DNA from: an uncultured Acidimicrobiia bacterium
GTDB lineage: Bacteria; Acidobacteriota; Terriglobia; Versatilivoradales; Versatilivoraceae
Length of the DNA stretch: 64,000 nucleotides
Assembly (NCBI GenBank): GCA_963791795.1
Contig: CAWBTP010000010.1
Span: 503,808 to 567,807 of the forward strand
Direction: 5' to 3'
Shown here: positions 48,993 through 59,141 of the stretch, piece after piece
Position numbering within the stretch: the first letter of the stretch is position 1
How the letters are laid out: every line of letters starts with the position of its first letter
Notes under the pieces: model-generated
The model's database searches: none
Seen by the model: only the letters and a program-made list of their open reading frames with translations
What the model was told of the DNA's origin: nothing
Position numbers and translations under genes: made by a program

Positions 48993-49499
48993 TTACGACT
49001 GGTCCTTCAAGGCGTTTGCAGCTTGAGCCACTGCGTCCAATATTTTCACATACCCGGTGCACCGACAGAGATTGCCGGCCAAAGCCTGTCGGGTCTCCGC
49101 CTCAACAGGATTCGGCATTCGCTGCAAGAGGTTCACGGCTGCGAGAATCATCCCGGGCGTGCAGATGCCGCACTGCGCACCGCCGTGCAGGACAAAACTC
49201 TGTTGAAGCCGCTCCCAGCGGCTATCCCGGCTGATGCCCTCGATGGTTATCAGCTCGCCGCCGTCGGCCTGTAGAACCGGGACAAGGCAACTATTCACCA
49301 ATTCCCCATTCAGAAAAACAGAGCAGGCGCCGCACTCACCCTCGCCACAGCATTCCTTCGTCCCCATTAGGCCTAAGTTCTGGCGAATCACATCCAGCAA
49401 ACGAGCCATTGGGTAGACGAGGACGCTTCGCCGCTCGCCGTCCACAGTCAGTGTGACTGGAACCTTTGGAACATTGACTAGGGATATGTTGGTCGCCAT
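48993..49499 (-). CDS. (2Fe-2S)-binding small subunit of xanthine-dehydrogenase-family molybdoenzyme (XdhC/CoxS-like)
   Basis: CGEGECGACSV and CGICTPG motifs. Confidence 0.9.
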   Translation of the reverse strand: MATNISLVNVPKVPVTLTVDGERRSVLVYPMARLLDVIRQNLGLMGTKECCGEGECGACSVFLNGELVNSCLVPVLQADGGELITIEGISRDSRWERLQQSFVLHGGAQCGICTPGMILAAVNLLQRMPNPVEAETRQALAGNLCRCTGYVKILDAVAQAANALKDQS

Positions 49500-49620
49500 T
49501 TAGTTTGAAATGACTTTCCCGCCTTAGACGTCCTCAACGCGGGAAAGAGGATTCGAGAAACAAAGCCGGGTCCCGGAATGCACTGTTGGATGAGCTGGCG
49601 CCTTGATCAATCAGCGGCCT

Positions 49621-49665
49621 GCCCGCCCCCTCACCCCTGGCCCCTCTCCCCCGTTGGGGAGAGGG
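49621..49665 (-). other. G-quadruplex motif (GGGGAGAGGGGCCAGGGGTGAGGGGG on the minus strand) overlapping a 10-bp GC hairpin
   Basis: Read from the sequence in the spacer between the large- and small-subunit genes. Hairpin arms CCCTCTCCCC and GGGGAGAGGG with loop CGTT. Confidence 0.4.
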
Positions 49666-49684
49666 AAACCGACGTCGTTTGAGT

Positions 49685-51928
49685 TCAGCCAGCGACAACG
49701 AGTTTCGAACATTCTACGATCCTCATCAAGTCCTCAGGCATCAGTGGCACACGGTTGATACTGACGCCGATTGCGTCCTCAATCGCATTCACGATCGCCG
49801 GGGCCGGGCCGTCCATTGGCAATTCGCCGAGCCCCTTGGGCCCACGCGAATCAGAGCTTCCGACAAAAAATACGCGAATGGGCGGCACATCGGCTGCGGT
49901 TGGAATGATGTAGTTTGTCATTTGATGGTTCAGCATGCGGCCATCGTTCCATACCACGTTCTCATAGAGTGCAAACCCAATGCCTTGGGTAACTCCACCT
50001 TCAATCTGTCCTGTTGCCATCACGGGATGAATGACTTGACCGACGTCTTGAACGGCGACAAAGTCGTCTACCTGAGCCTCGAACGTCGTGAGATCGACGC
50101 TGACTTCGGCCACGTAAACTGCCCAGGCATAGTCGCGATATGCATCACCCTGAAACGTAACCTCATCCCAGCTGATCTCGGGTGGTTGCAGGTACTGGAC
50201 CATGGACTTGAGTGGTCCCAAGCGCCGAACGTACTCGGCGCAGGCTTCGCAAAAGTCCTCTGAAGAATAGTCAGCGCGAAGTAGGCCACTTCGCGCAAGA
50301 GTCTGCTTCAAACTCAGCGCGGCTGACTCAACCAGTTGGCCGACGATCATGCAGGTGCGCGACGCGACGGTTGGACCACTGTTTGGCACGGTGCCTGTGT
50401 CGGGTTGCGCGACCTCCACATAGTCCAGGGAAATGTTCAAAGCATCAGCCGCCATTTGCGCGAAGATGGTATTGGTCCCCTGTCCGATTTCCGTGCTGGC
50501 GGTGAGTATCCGCACCTTTCCTTCCTCTGTTGCTTCCACGCCGACAACGGCAGCCAACTGTTTCTCTCCCGCACCTGTAAATCCTGCGCCATGCATGAAG
50601 GCCGCAAATCCGATCCCTTTCTTTAGCGATGACGTCCGATTGTGCTGTGCAAACAAGCGCTTCTTCTCATGGTAGCCACTTTGTTGGAGGGCGTAGTCCA
50701 GTAACCCACCCAAGTCGATCTTGTCGCGTATCACTTGGCCTGTCGCAGTGGTCATTCCTTGTTCCAGGAAATTTCTGCGCCGGAGTTCCTCTGGAGTAAG
50801 ACCAACAACTGCAGCCACGCGATTGAGGTGTCTCTCAAGGGCGAAGATGCTCTGAGGTGCGCCAAATCCACGGAAGGCTCCATGCGGAGGTGTGTTTGTG
50901 GCGACAGCTCGACTGCGAACGCGGACATTCGGGCAAGAATAAGGCCCGGCAGCATGGATGGTGCCACGAGAAAGAACCACCGATGAGAGTGTGGCGTAGG
51001 CACCGCCGTCAATGACGAAGTCAATGTCCATCGCCAACAACTTGCCGTCCTTGCTCACGGCGGTGCGGTGCCGCGTCCGAGAAGGATGCCGTTTGGTCGT
51101 GGCCACCATGTCCTCGGCACGGTCGTAGATCAACTTGACCGGCTTCCTCGACTTCCAAGCCAGCAGGGCCGCATGCGCAGCAATCATGGAGGGATACTCC
51201 TCTTTGCCCCCAAACCCTCCGCCCGTCTCAGCTTGAATCACGCGCACGCGTTCTGCCGAGAAACCAAACAAAGCCATCAGCGCCTTCTGTACGTAGTAGG
51301 GGCACTGCATCGATCCCCAAACAGTAACGCCATTATCGTCGTCTGCCGTTGCGACCATGCCGTTGGGTTCAATATAGAGTTGCTCCTGAGCGCCTGTTTC
51401 GTATTCCCCTTCAATGATGAAGTCGGCTTCACTCCAAACTTGGTCCACATTGCCTTTGTTGAGCTCACACGCCTTGAGCAAGTTGTCTTCGCCCCAGACA
51501 ATCTCCTTTTGGCTGAGAGACTCGTCGATGCTGAGAACCGGAGGCAGCGGATCGACTTCGATGCTTACCGATCGACGGGCCACCTCCAGCAGATAGCGGT
51601 CGTGATGGGCCAGCAGTACAACTGGTTCTTCAGCGTGGTTGATGCGAGTCTCAGCGAGGCAGGGTTGGTCCTTCAGGATCAGGGCGATCGCATTCTCGCC
51701 AGGGATGTCCTTGGCCGTGACGATAGCAAATTCTTCCCAGGGAATGCCTTCTCCAAAAGAAATGCGTCGGATAATGCCGCGGGGAACGTGGCTGCGGACG
51801 GTGGTGCCGTAAATGATGCCCGGAAACAGAAGATCGTCAATGTAGCGGGCCTGGCCGGAGACCTTGGCCAGCCCCTCTTTCCGTGGCACGGGCTTGCCGG
51901 AAAAGGGAGGAAGTGGCGAGGCGATCAT
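49685..51928 (-). CDS. Molybdopterin-binding large subunit of xanthine dehydrogenase/aldehyde oxidoreductase/CoxL family
   Basis: 747-aa ORF with Ald_Xan_dh_C/C2 domains. Confidence 0.9.
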   Translation of the reverse strand: MIASPLPPFSGKPVPRKEGLAKVSGQARYIDDLLFPGIIYGTTVRSHVPRGIIRRISFGEGIPWEEFAIVTAKDIPGENAIALILKDQPCLAETRINHAEEPVVLLAHHDRYLLEVARRSVSIEVDPLPPVLSIDESLSQKEIVWGEDNLLKACELNKGNVDQVWSEADFIIEGEYETGAQEQLYIEPNGMVATADDDNGVTVWGSMQCPYYVQKALMALFGFSAERVRVIQAETGGGFGGKEEYPSMIAAHAALLAWKSRKPVKLIYDRAEDMVATTKRHPSRTRHRTAVSKDGKLLAMDIDFVIDGGAYATLSSVVLSRGTIHAAGPYSCPNVRVRSRAVATNTPPHGAFRGFGAPQSIFALERHLNRVAAVVGLTPEELRRRNFLEQGMTTATGQVIRDKIDLGGLLDYALQQSGYHEKKRLFAQHNRTSSLKKGIGFAAFMHGAGFTGAGEKQLAAVVGVEATEEGKVRILTASTEIGQGTNTIFAQMAADALNISLDYVEVAQPDTGTVPNSGPTVASRTCMIVGQLVESAALSLKQTLARSGLLRADYSSEDFCEACAEYVRRLGPLKSMVQYLQPPEISWDEVTFQGDAYRDYAWAVYVAEVSVDLTTFEAQVDDFVAVQDVGQVIHPVMATGQIEGGVTQGIGFALYENVVWNDGRMLNHQMTNYIIPTAADVPPIRVFFVGSSDSRGPKGLGELPMDGPAPAIVNAIEDAIGVSINRVPLMPEDLMRIVECSKLVVAG

Positions 51929-51929
51929 T

Positions 51930-52373
51930 TCAATTTCTCTGAATCAACCACACCCCTCCGATCACCATACCAGCGCCGATCAGGCGCCAGACGGTAATTG
52001 GATGGAATCGAAAGCCCAAGAGTCCCAAATGATCGAGCAGCATCGAGGCCATCATCTGTCCCGCAACGATGGTGGCGATCAATGCTGCGGCACCAAGGCG
52101 AGGTGCCAACACGATGCTGGAAACCACAGAGATGACACCGAGCACACCCCCTGTCCACGCCCACCATGGGATGAGCCTGACCGCCTGCCAGCCTGGGAAA
52201 CTGAGCCCGAAGGCTGTGGGGCAAACTGCGAGAACCAGCGTGCCGACGCTAAAGGATATGAGCGCCGCCAGGAGCGGGTGTCCAATCCATTGGCGAAGCT
52301 GGGCATTGATGCCAGCTTGAAATGGAAAAACAAAACCAGCCAGAAACGCGACAAGTAGAAACAACCAGAACAT
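51930..52373 (-). CDS. DMT-superfamily membrane protein (YdcZ/DUF606-like)
   Basis: 147 aa with ~5 TM helices and a DUF606-like pattern. Confidence 0.7.
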   Translation of the reverse strand: MFWLFLLVAFLAGFVFPFQAGINAQLRQWIGHPLLAALISFSVGTLVLAVCPTAFGLSFPGWQAVRLIPWWAWTGGVLGVISVVSSIVLAPRLGAAALIATIVAGQMMASMLLDHLGLLGFRFHPITVWRLIGAGMVIGGVWLIQRN

Positions 52374-52618
52374 AAGGCCGCCCTGTCTGCTAGAAGTTGA
52401 AGCTCAACGTGATTTGCCAAATAGATCGAGCCGAGAAATGTTCCGACCCTCGGATGATCGGCGTACTGGTTCAGTGTCACCTGTTGAATCCTGCGCAAGC
52501 GGGATTATACGGTATTACAACTCACGCGGAAGCAAGTTGCTGTGGAAGCAAAGACCCTCGGTCTCCAGAAGTGTGCGCAGGGGGGACAGAGGTCCCACGC
52601 GCCCGCTCCACCAGGTGG

Positions 52619-52639
52619 AACGCGCGCTCCGCGCGCGTT
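52619..52639. promoter_or_regulatory. Palindrome AACGCGCGC-TCC-GCGCGCGTT in a divergent intergenic region
   Basis: Perfect 9-bp inverted repeat seen in the sequence between the DMT gene and the M42 peptidase gene. Confidence 0.3.
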
Positions 52640-52826
52640 ATCGGATGTGGATCTAAAAACCGTGATGTGTCAGACGTCCCGATGCACTTTCCCATCTAGA
52701 TCGACTTTGGCGAGGTCGATTGGGCGAGTGTTGAGAGGAACTGCAGCAAGTCCCTTGTCTGAACTTGGCAAAGTTGATATCAAGACGTGACCTGCAAAGC
52801 TCAATCAATCCGAGGAGCCAGTCATC

Positions 52827-54002
52827 GTGATGAAATACGCCCCATCTTTCTACTTCGCGTTCGTGCTGTTCATCCAATCCCCCAGCGTTGTGATAGGACA
52901 AAATTCCCAGCTCGATGCCACTGCCAAGCTGATGAAGGAACTTACCGAGGCTCACGGCCCCACGGGAAGCGAGGAGCCGGTGGGAAAGATTGTCGTCCGT
53001 CATCTTCAGCCTCTGGTGTCAGAGATCAAAGTGGATGGTTTGGGCTCCATCATTGGCACCAAGAAAGGTAGCGCTGATTCGCCACGTATTATGCTCGCTG
53101 CCCACATGGATGAAGTCGGCTTCATCGTCAAAACCATCACTCCTGACGGATTTATCTACACCAATCCCGTTGGAGGTTGGAGAGATCCAGTGCTGCTGGC
53201 TCAGCGCTGGGTGATCATGACCCGCAAAGGTCCCGTCGTGGCCGTATCTGGCGCGAAGACGACGCACGTGATGTCAGCCGATACCAAGAACCGGCCTGTT
53301 CCCCAACAGGACGTTTTTCTCGACGTGGGTGCCCGCACGCGTGAAGAGGCCATGGAGACTTTCGGGGTGCACCCTGGCGATCCCGTGGCGCCTGAGAGTC
53401 CTTTTCAGATCATGGCTAACGGAGAATTCTATATGGCGAAGGCCTGGGACGATCGCGTGGGCCTGGCGCTGATCATCGAAGCGCTGAAACGTCTACAAGG
53501 ACAGAAGCATCCCAACACGATCATGGCAGTGGCGACGACCCAAGAGGAAATTGGACTGCGCGGCGCGCACACGAGCACGGCCTTAGTCGAACCTGATCTG
53601 GGAATCTCGCTCGAAGTGGGGGTGGCATCGGACTATCCGGGAAGCAGCCCTAAGGAGGCGCAGGAAGTGCTCGGGAAAGGTCCGGGGATCTTTTTACTGG
53701 ACAGCAGCATGATTCCGAGTCGAAAGCTGAAGGACTTCGTTGTCGAAGTGGCGCGACGTCAGGGAATTCCGATTCAGTTCGAAGTGCTCACCGGCTACGG
53801 AGAAGACGGCGCCGAGATGCAGCGCTACAAGGGAGGAAGACCCTCAATCAACCTCACTGTTCCCACGCGCTACCTGCACTCTCACATTGGCATCCTCAGC
53901 CGCAAGGATTTTGATCGCGCGGTGGATCTGTTGACCGCCGTGCTGCTGGCATTGGACCAGAAAGCTGTGGATAACATTAAGGCGTTCGACTATTTCAAAT
54001 AG
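52827..54002 (+). CDS. M42-family metallopeptidase (glutamyl aminopeptidase/FrvX-like) with N-terminal signal-like segment
   Basis: M42 metal ligands (HMDEVGF, EEIGLRG) and a hydrophobic N-terminus (FYFAFVLFIQSPSVVIG). Confidence 0.8.
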   Translation: MMKYAPSFYFAFVLFIQSPSVVIGQNSQLDATAKLMKELTEAHGPTGSEEPVGKIVVRHLQPLVSEIKVDGLGSIIGTKKGSADSPRIMLAAHMDEVGFIVKTITPDGFIYTNPVGGWRDPVLLAQRWVIMTRKGPVVAVSGAKTTHVMSADTKNRPVPQQDVFLDVGARTREEAMETFGVHPGDPVAPESPFQIMANGEFYMAKAWDDRVGLALIIEALKRLQGQKHPNTIMAVATTQEEIGLRGAHTSTALVEPDLGISLEVGVASDYPGSSPKEAQEVLGKGPGIFLLDSSMIPSRKLKDFVVEVARRQGIPIQFEVLTGYGEDGAEMQRYKGGRPSINLTVPTRYLHSHIGILSRKDFDRAVDLLTAVLLALDQKAVDNIKAFDYFK

Positions 54003-54084
54003 TGATGATGAGGCCTGAGAGTCCGTTCAGTGCAGACCCTAATGAGTGATTCCGCGCCCTCGATCCGCTGCTGGGTTGGAGCTT

Positions 54085-54829
54085 TCACGCTGCGGTGAGC
54101 AACACTGGCCGGTCGCGGGCAATGACGACGGTATGCTCATAGTGCGCCGAGAGGGTGCCGTCCTTTGTTCGAACTGTCCACCCATCCCCATCCTCAACAG
54201 GCTGCCCGGAGCCACAACTGATGATCGGTTCGATGGTCAACACGAGACCTTCAGTCAGGATATCCTTCTGTTCCGGATTCCAGTAGTTCGGCACAGAGGG
54301 AGGCTCATGAATCGTCCTGCCAATGCCGTGTCCTTCCAGGGCGCGGCTGACGGAGAATCCATACCGATTGACTTCAGCCTCGATCGCGCGGCCAATCTCA
54401 CTCACACGGTTACCGGCGTTAGCCACTTTGAGCCCCTGCTCGAAAGCCGAGTGAACACAATCCACGAGCCGCTGAGCACGCGGTGAAGCATTGCCCACAA
54501 GAACCGTTCGCGCAGCGTCCGGCCATATAGCCGCCTTTCTCCACTGTCACGTCCAGCTTGACGACATCCCCGGGCTTCAGGCGACGGGAGCCGGGAACAC
54601 CGTGTACTACCTCATCGTTGACGCAGATAAGCACCGTCCCCGGAAAACCATAGACCATTGCTGGAGCAGAACGTGCACCATGGTTCGCAAGGATCTGCCT
54701 CGCAACTTGGTCCAGTTCGGCCGTGCTCACGCCGGCCTGCGCATGCCGCTCCAAGGCGTCTAGAGCTAGTCGCACAATGCGACCGACTTCGCAAAGACCC
54801 TTCCAGTCAGCTTCTGACGTAATTGACAT
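54085..54829 (-). CDS. map: Methionine aminopeptidase type I, interrupted by a frameshift
   Basis: The N-terminal half (VYGFPGTVLICVNDEVVHGVP...LDVTVEKGGY) is in ORF 54419..54829. The C-terminal half (GHGIGRTIHEPP...IEP) is in ORF 54085..54498. The frame changes at ~54500-54527, where GYHGDTS is expected. Confidence 0.8.
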
Positions 54830-55046
54830 GTCAACTCCGGGGTTAAGAGAAAATTCATGAGACAGCTGTGCCTGCTTTGTTCCGATGCAGCCACATTCCT
54901 TGGAATCGGCTCACCTCCACATTGCGAATGACGTGGATACCACTCTGCTGGATCCAACTCGCGACTTCAAGAGGGCCGGGCTCCTGCCGAGCCGTCCGCC
55001 ATACCTAGATTACAGTTAAGGTTCGGCACGACGCTCGCCCCACTCT

Positions 55047-55430
55047 TCAAAAATTCTTCGTACGACTCAACTTTCCTTTGGCGTCGTAGTACTTCCAGAG
55101 ACCGGTCTTCTTCCCATCCAGGTAACTACCCACGTCGTATAACTCTCCATTCGGTTGATATCGCTTCCAGAGTCCTTCTTGTTTTCCGTTCTTGAACTTG
55201 CCCACCTGCAACGGGTTTCCATTCTCGCGATACCACTTCCACAGTCCTGTGAACTCGCCCTGGGAAAACTTCCCCGTAGCTTTCAGCTTTCCATTGAGCA
55301 GATAATACTTCCACACTCCAGTCTTCTTCCCGTCCGTGTAACGACCCACGCTGCAGAGCTGACCATTGCGAAAGTATTCTTTCGCGAGTCCGTTTTTCTT
55401 CGCCTTGCTGTCGGATTGCTTTGGTTTCAT
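55047..55430 (-). CDS. MORN-repeat (YwqK-like) protein
   Basis: Repeated G(K/Q)xxGxWKxY units. Confidence 0.6.
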   Translation of the reverse strand: MKPKQSDSKAKKNGLAKEYFRNGQLCSVGRYTDGKKTGVWKYYLLNGKLKATGKFSQGEFTGLWKWYRENGNPLQVGKFKNGKQEGLWKRYQPNGELYDVGSYLDGKKTGLWKYYDAKGKLSRTKNF

Positions 55431-55517
55431 GGTCTACCTTTGACTGATTGCTCGTTACATCACGACCTCGGTCTTTCCGGCTGCTCGAACCCGCTTCAGG
55501 GCACCGGCCGGAAGTTC

Positions 55518-55967
55518 TCAACCCCGAATGGAGACGGTCTTTTTGTGCCGGTCCCTTCTTGGAGCTGGAGACTTCCTTGCTTCATGGTTCTCATCGACTC
55601 TTGAAGGGGCACCGAGGTTGGGTTTTGTCTTTAGCACAACCAGGAGCAGAAGGGGATACCCAATGCCTGGCAAGGCGCCGCCATGGCCCACAATGCCGAG
55701 GACCCAACCCACCAGATGCACGGCAATCATGCTCAAGGCTCCAGCGAAAGCGGCCGCACGGCTGAAGGACATTCGAATCGCCAAGGCGAAACCGGACATC
55801 AGCAGAACGCAACTGGCCAACGCACCAAGTGAACCGATAGTTACTGGAAGGGCCTCACTAGCCCAATACGCAAAAACCTCTTGGAGGCCAGCTTCGAGCA
55901 TGATCCCCGAGATGGCTATCGTGAGAACTCCCCAAATCACATCCGAAACACGTGACGGTTTACGCAT
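55518..55967 (-). CDS. Hypothetical membrane protein
   Basis: 4 predicted TM helices. ORF open from 56063, with internal Met at 55967. No family recognised. Confidence 0.4.
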   Translation of the reverse strand: MRKPSRVSDVIWGVLTIAISGIMLEAGLQEVFAYWASEALPVTIGSLGALASCVLLMSGFALAIRMSFSRAAAFAGALSMIAVHLVGWVLGIVGHGGALPGIGYPLLLLVVLKTKPNLGAPSRVDENHEARKSPAPRRDRHKKTVSIRG

Positions 55968-56321
55968 GGCATCACTCTCCTGAAAATCCCTCCTTTGGAG
56001 GGATCGCGCGAAGGTGGAGTCTTGAGAAGACTCCACGCGGTCGCGCAGCGACAGCGGTCGCACAGCGCCGGGGTGGGTTTGTTCCTGTGTTCAAACCCCT
56101 CTGAAGTCCCCCTTGTCCAAGGGGGGACGCCATTTTCATCCTCGGGGATGCCGCAGATCGACATGGGCGGCTCGCTCGGCCATTTCTGCAGACCCCAAGA
56201 TTAGACACCCCTGCCAAGCTTCGGGTTCCAAGAACATTCAGTCTGGGCAAGAACCTCCTGCAGAACTGCTGAGAACGAGTTGGCTATGTCCAGACGCAAG
56301 GTCAATAGCCACCTGCCTCCA

Positions 56322-57089
56322 CTAGCTGCCGCCGCGTGATCGGATCACCTGGCCCGTCAACCACCCTGCCTCGTCCGATGCTAAGAATGTGATGATCCGA
56401 GCGGCGTCCTGTGGAGTCCCGAGCCGCCCCATGGGTGCCGTACTGAGCAGCGACCCGCGCAACCCGGCGGATATCCATCCCGTATCCGTGGGCCCCGGAT
56501 CGACTGCGTTGACCGTAATCCCACGGGACGCAACCGCGGCACTCAGGCTCAATGTGAATGACTCGACCCCACCCTTTGTGGCGGCATAGGCAAGTTCGTT
56601 GGGCAGTGGCCCGAGGCCTTGCCCAGAGGTGAGATTGACAATGCGTCCGATGCCTCTTGCTGGGAACGCGCGGATAAATTCGACAGAGAGCAATATCACC
56701 GCCCGCAGGTTGACGGCGTAGTGACGATCCAGGTCTGCCGCGCCCATCGTCTCTACGGTAGTTTCAGTTGAGTACACTGCATTATTCACGAGAATATCGA
56801 TGTGCCCGAACCGCTCGCTCGCGTTCTGGAACAGGATGCGCGGACCGTCCGGCTGCCCGAGGTCGGTTTCAAGGCCGTGCGCGCGGACGCCGATTGAACG
56901 TAGCTCGTCCACGATTTCTTCAGGCTCTGAGTCTACAACGCCCCATGGCATCGTGCGGTCGTAAGGCCGATAGTATGCTGTGCACACATCGGCTCCTGCC
57001 CGTGCCAGCATGATCGCGACAGCCGCACCGATCCCTTGACGACGGGTCACTCCCGTCACGAGCGCTACTTTATTTGCGAGCGAGTGCAT
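56322..57089 (-). CDS. SDR-family short-chain dehydrogenase/reductase
   Basis: TGVTRRQGIG, NNAV and YxxxK motifs. Confidence 0.85.
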   Translation of the reverse strand: MHSLANKVALVTGVTRRQGIGAAVAIMLARAGADVCTAYYRPYDRTMPWGVVDSEPEEIVDELRSIGVRAHGLETDLGQPDGPRILFQNASERFGHIDILVNNAVYSTETTVETMGAADLDRHYAVNLRAVILLSVEFIRAFPARGIGRIVNLTSGQGLGPLPNELAYAATKGGVESFTLSLSAAVASRGITVNAVDPGPTDTGWISAGLRGSLLSTAPMGRLGTPQDAARIITFLASDEAGWLTGQVIRSRGGS

Positions 57090-57301
57090 GGCACCTTCGC
57101 GTCCTTCCTACACAAAAAAACTTTGTTGTCAGGCTTTGGATCTCGACGTGAAACGCCTCGGCTAACCCGTGTTTGTCTCATCATGTGCAGATTCGAGGGT
57201 GTATTTGAGATAGCTCATTCGCTAAATAGCCGAGCGGATTATAAGGGGATTTTTTCGATGAGCCAATTCTGAGCTGGCTGGCGGGTAGCTCGGGAGAGCA
57301 A

Positions 57302-58642
57302 TCAGTCGACAGAACCCAGCAACTCGATTAATCGATCGATGTCTGCTTTCCGTTTGGTTTCGGTGAAGGAGAGAAGGAGGCAATTCTTAAGGGAAGAGTA
57401 ATATCTTTCCAATGGCAAGCCTGGAATGATCTTGGCACTGGTGAATTTCGCGGCCACATTCTCATAGGGAATCGGTAGCTGCACGACGAATTCGTTGAAG
57501 CGTGGTCCAGGATAGAGCACCTTCAAGGCCGAGATCTTTCTTATTTCAGACAAGGCATACTGCGTCTTGGCGACATTCTGAACGGCCACCTCTCGAATGC
57601 CTTTCTTCCCCAGGAGCGTGCAATAGATCGTGGCCATCAGTGCAAACAGGCTTTGGTTGGTACAGATATTGGACGTGGCCTTTTCACGCCGGATGTGCTG
57701 CTCGCGTGTTGAAAGGGTGAGGACATAGCCTCGCTTGCCTTCCGAATCGACGGTCTGTCCGATGAGCCGCCCGGGCAGGTTGCGCAGGAACCTCTCTCGA
57801 CAGGTGAGAAAACCGACGTGCGGTCCGCCAAAGCTTGAAGGAATTCCCAGTGACTGAGCTTCACCGCAAACAATGTCGGCACCGGAGGGTCCCGGCGGAG
57901 CAACAATTCCAAACGACAGAGCCTCGGCCACGGCAACCACGAGTAGCGCGCCGTGACGGTGCGCCAGGTCGGCCAGTTGCGCTAGTGGCTCCAAATTGCC
58001 GAAGAAGTTGGGCGACTGCACCACGATGGCGGCGACATCGGCACCCATCTTCTGCTCCAGACTGGCTATGCTGGCGGTGCCGTCTTCGAGGGATTCAATC
58101 TCGGTGAGCCTCAAGTCCTGGTGCCGTGCGTAGGTGTTCACAACCGCGCGATACTCGGGATGTACAGACGAGGCAATAAGAAAGCGGCTACGCTGGCTGA
58201 CGCGGGCGGCCATCAGGATGGCTTCCGTCAAGGCGGTGCTGCCATCGTACATCGACGCATTGGACACCTCCATACCCGTGAGCTGGCACATGACAGTCTG
58301 GAATTCGAAGATCGCCTGCAGCGTTCCTTGCGTAATTTCGGCCTGGTACGGTGTGTAAGAAGTGAGAAATTCTCCGCGACTAATGAGGCTATCGATCACG
58401 GTGGGGATGTAGTGATCATTCACGCCAGCCCCAAGAAACGAGAGGAAGCCGGAAGCATTCTTGTCGGCGTAGTTCTTGAATTTTTCAATCAGCTCTGGTT
58501 CTGACAGCGCGGGGGGAAGACTCAATAGCGACTTGAGGCGAAGTTCTGCGGGAATGCCAACGAAGAGGTCCTCAAGAGACTTCACGCCGATTTCGCGCAG
58601 CATCTCCTGTTGGCCTTCGGCGGAGTTTGGGATGTATCGCAT
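57302..58642 (-). CDS. gcvPA: Glycine dehydrogenase (decarboxylating) subunit 1
   Basis: GcvPA family, 446 aa, with PLP-fold motifs. Confidence 0.9.
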   Translation of the reverse strand: MRYIPNSAEGQQEMLREIGVKSLEDLFVGIPAELRLKSLLSLPPALSEPELIEKFKNYADKNASGFLSFLGAGVNDHYIPTVIDSLISRGEFLTSYTPYQAEITQGTLQAIFEFQTVMCQLTGMEVSNASMYDGSTALTEAILMAARVSQRSRFLIASSVHPEYRAVVNTYARHQDLRLTEIESLEDGTASIASLEQKMGADVAAIVVQSPNFFGNLEPLAQLADLAHRHGALLVVAVAEALSFGIVAPPGPSGADIVCGEAQSLGIPSSFGGPHVGFLTCRERFLRNLPGRLIGQTVDSEGKRGYVLTLSTREQHIRREKATSNICTNQSLFALMATIYCTLLGKKGIREVAVQNVAKTQYALSEIRKISALKVLYPGPRFNEFVVQLPIPYENVAAKFTSAKIIPGLPLERYYSSLKNCLLLSFTETKRKADIDRLIELLGSVD

Positions 58643-59035
58643 CTACTCGGCCGACTCCTCTGCCACAAACTCGGCATACTCCTCGTGGTTGAGAAGATCT
58701 TTCAACTCTGCGGCATCTGCTATTTTGAGTTTGATGAACCAGCCCTCGCCGTAGCAATCGTCGTTGACCAACTGCGGTGACTCCGAGAGCGCGTCGTTGA
58801 CCTCTATGATCTCGCCCGCCACCGGAGAGAAAACTTCTGAAACGGCCTTCACGGATTCAACGTTCGCGAAAGTTTCGTTGGTGTCGAACGTGTCGCCAAG
58901 CTTGGGCAGCTCAACAAAGACGACATCGCCGAGTTCCTTCTGGGCATGCTCTGTGATGCCCACGATAGCTACACCCTCTTGAACTCGAACCCACTCGTGT
59001 TCTTTCGTGTATACACAGTCCGCGGGAAACTTCAT
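58643..59035 (-). CDS. gcvH: Glycine cleavage system H protein
   Basis: Lipoyl-lysine motif ESVKAVSEV. Start at ATG 59035 (MKFPADCVYTKEHEWV). Confidence 0.9.
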   Translation of the reverse strand: MKFPADCVYTKEHEWVRVQEGVAIVGITEHAQKELGDVVFVELPKLGDTFDTNETFANVESVKAVSEVFSPVAGEIIEVNDALSESPQLVNDDCYGEGWFIKLKIADAAELKDLLNHEEYAEFVAEESAE

Positions 59036-59141
59036 GGGATTTTTCCTCAGAAATGGGGTTAAGAGTTCAAGCTTTAGCTTGCTTCGGAAGCCACCGGCTG
59101 CCTGAAGGCGGAACTCTAAACTCAGCGAACGGCCCCGTATC

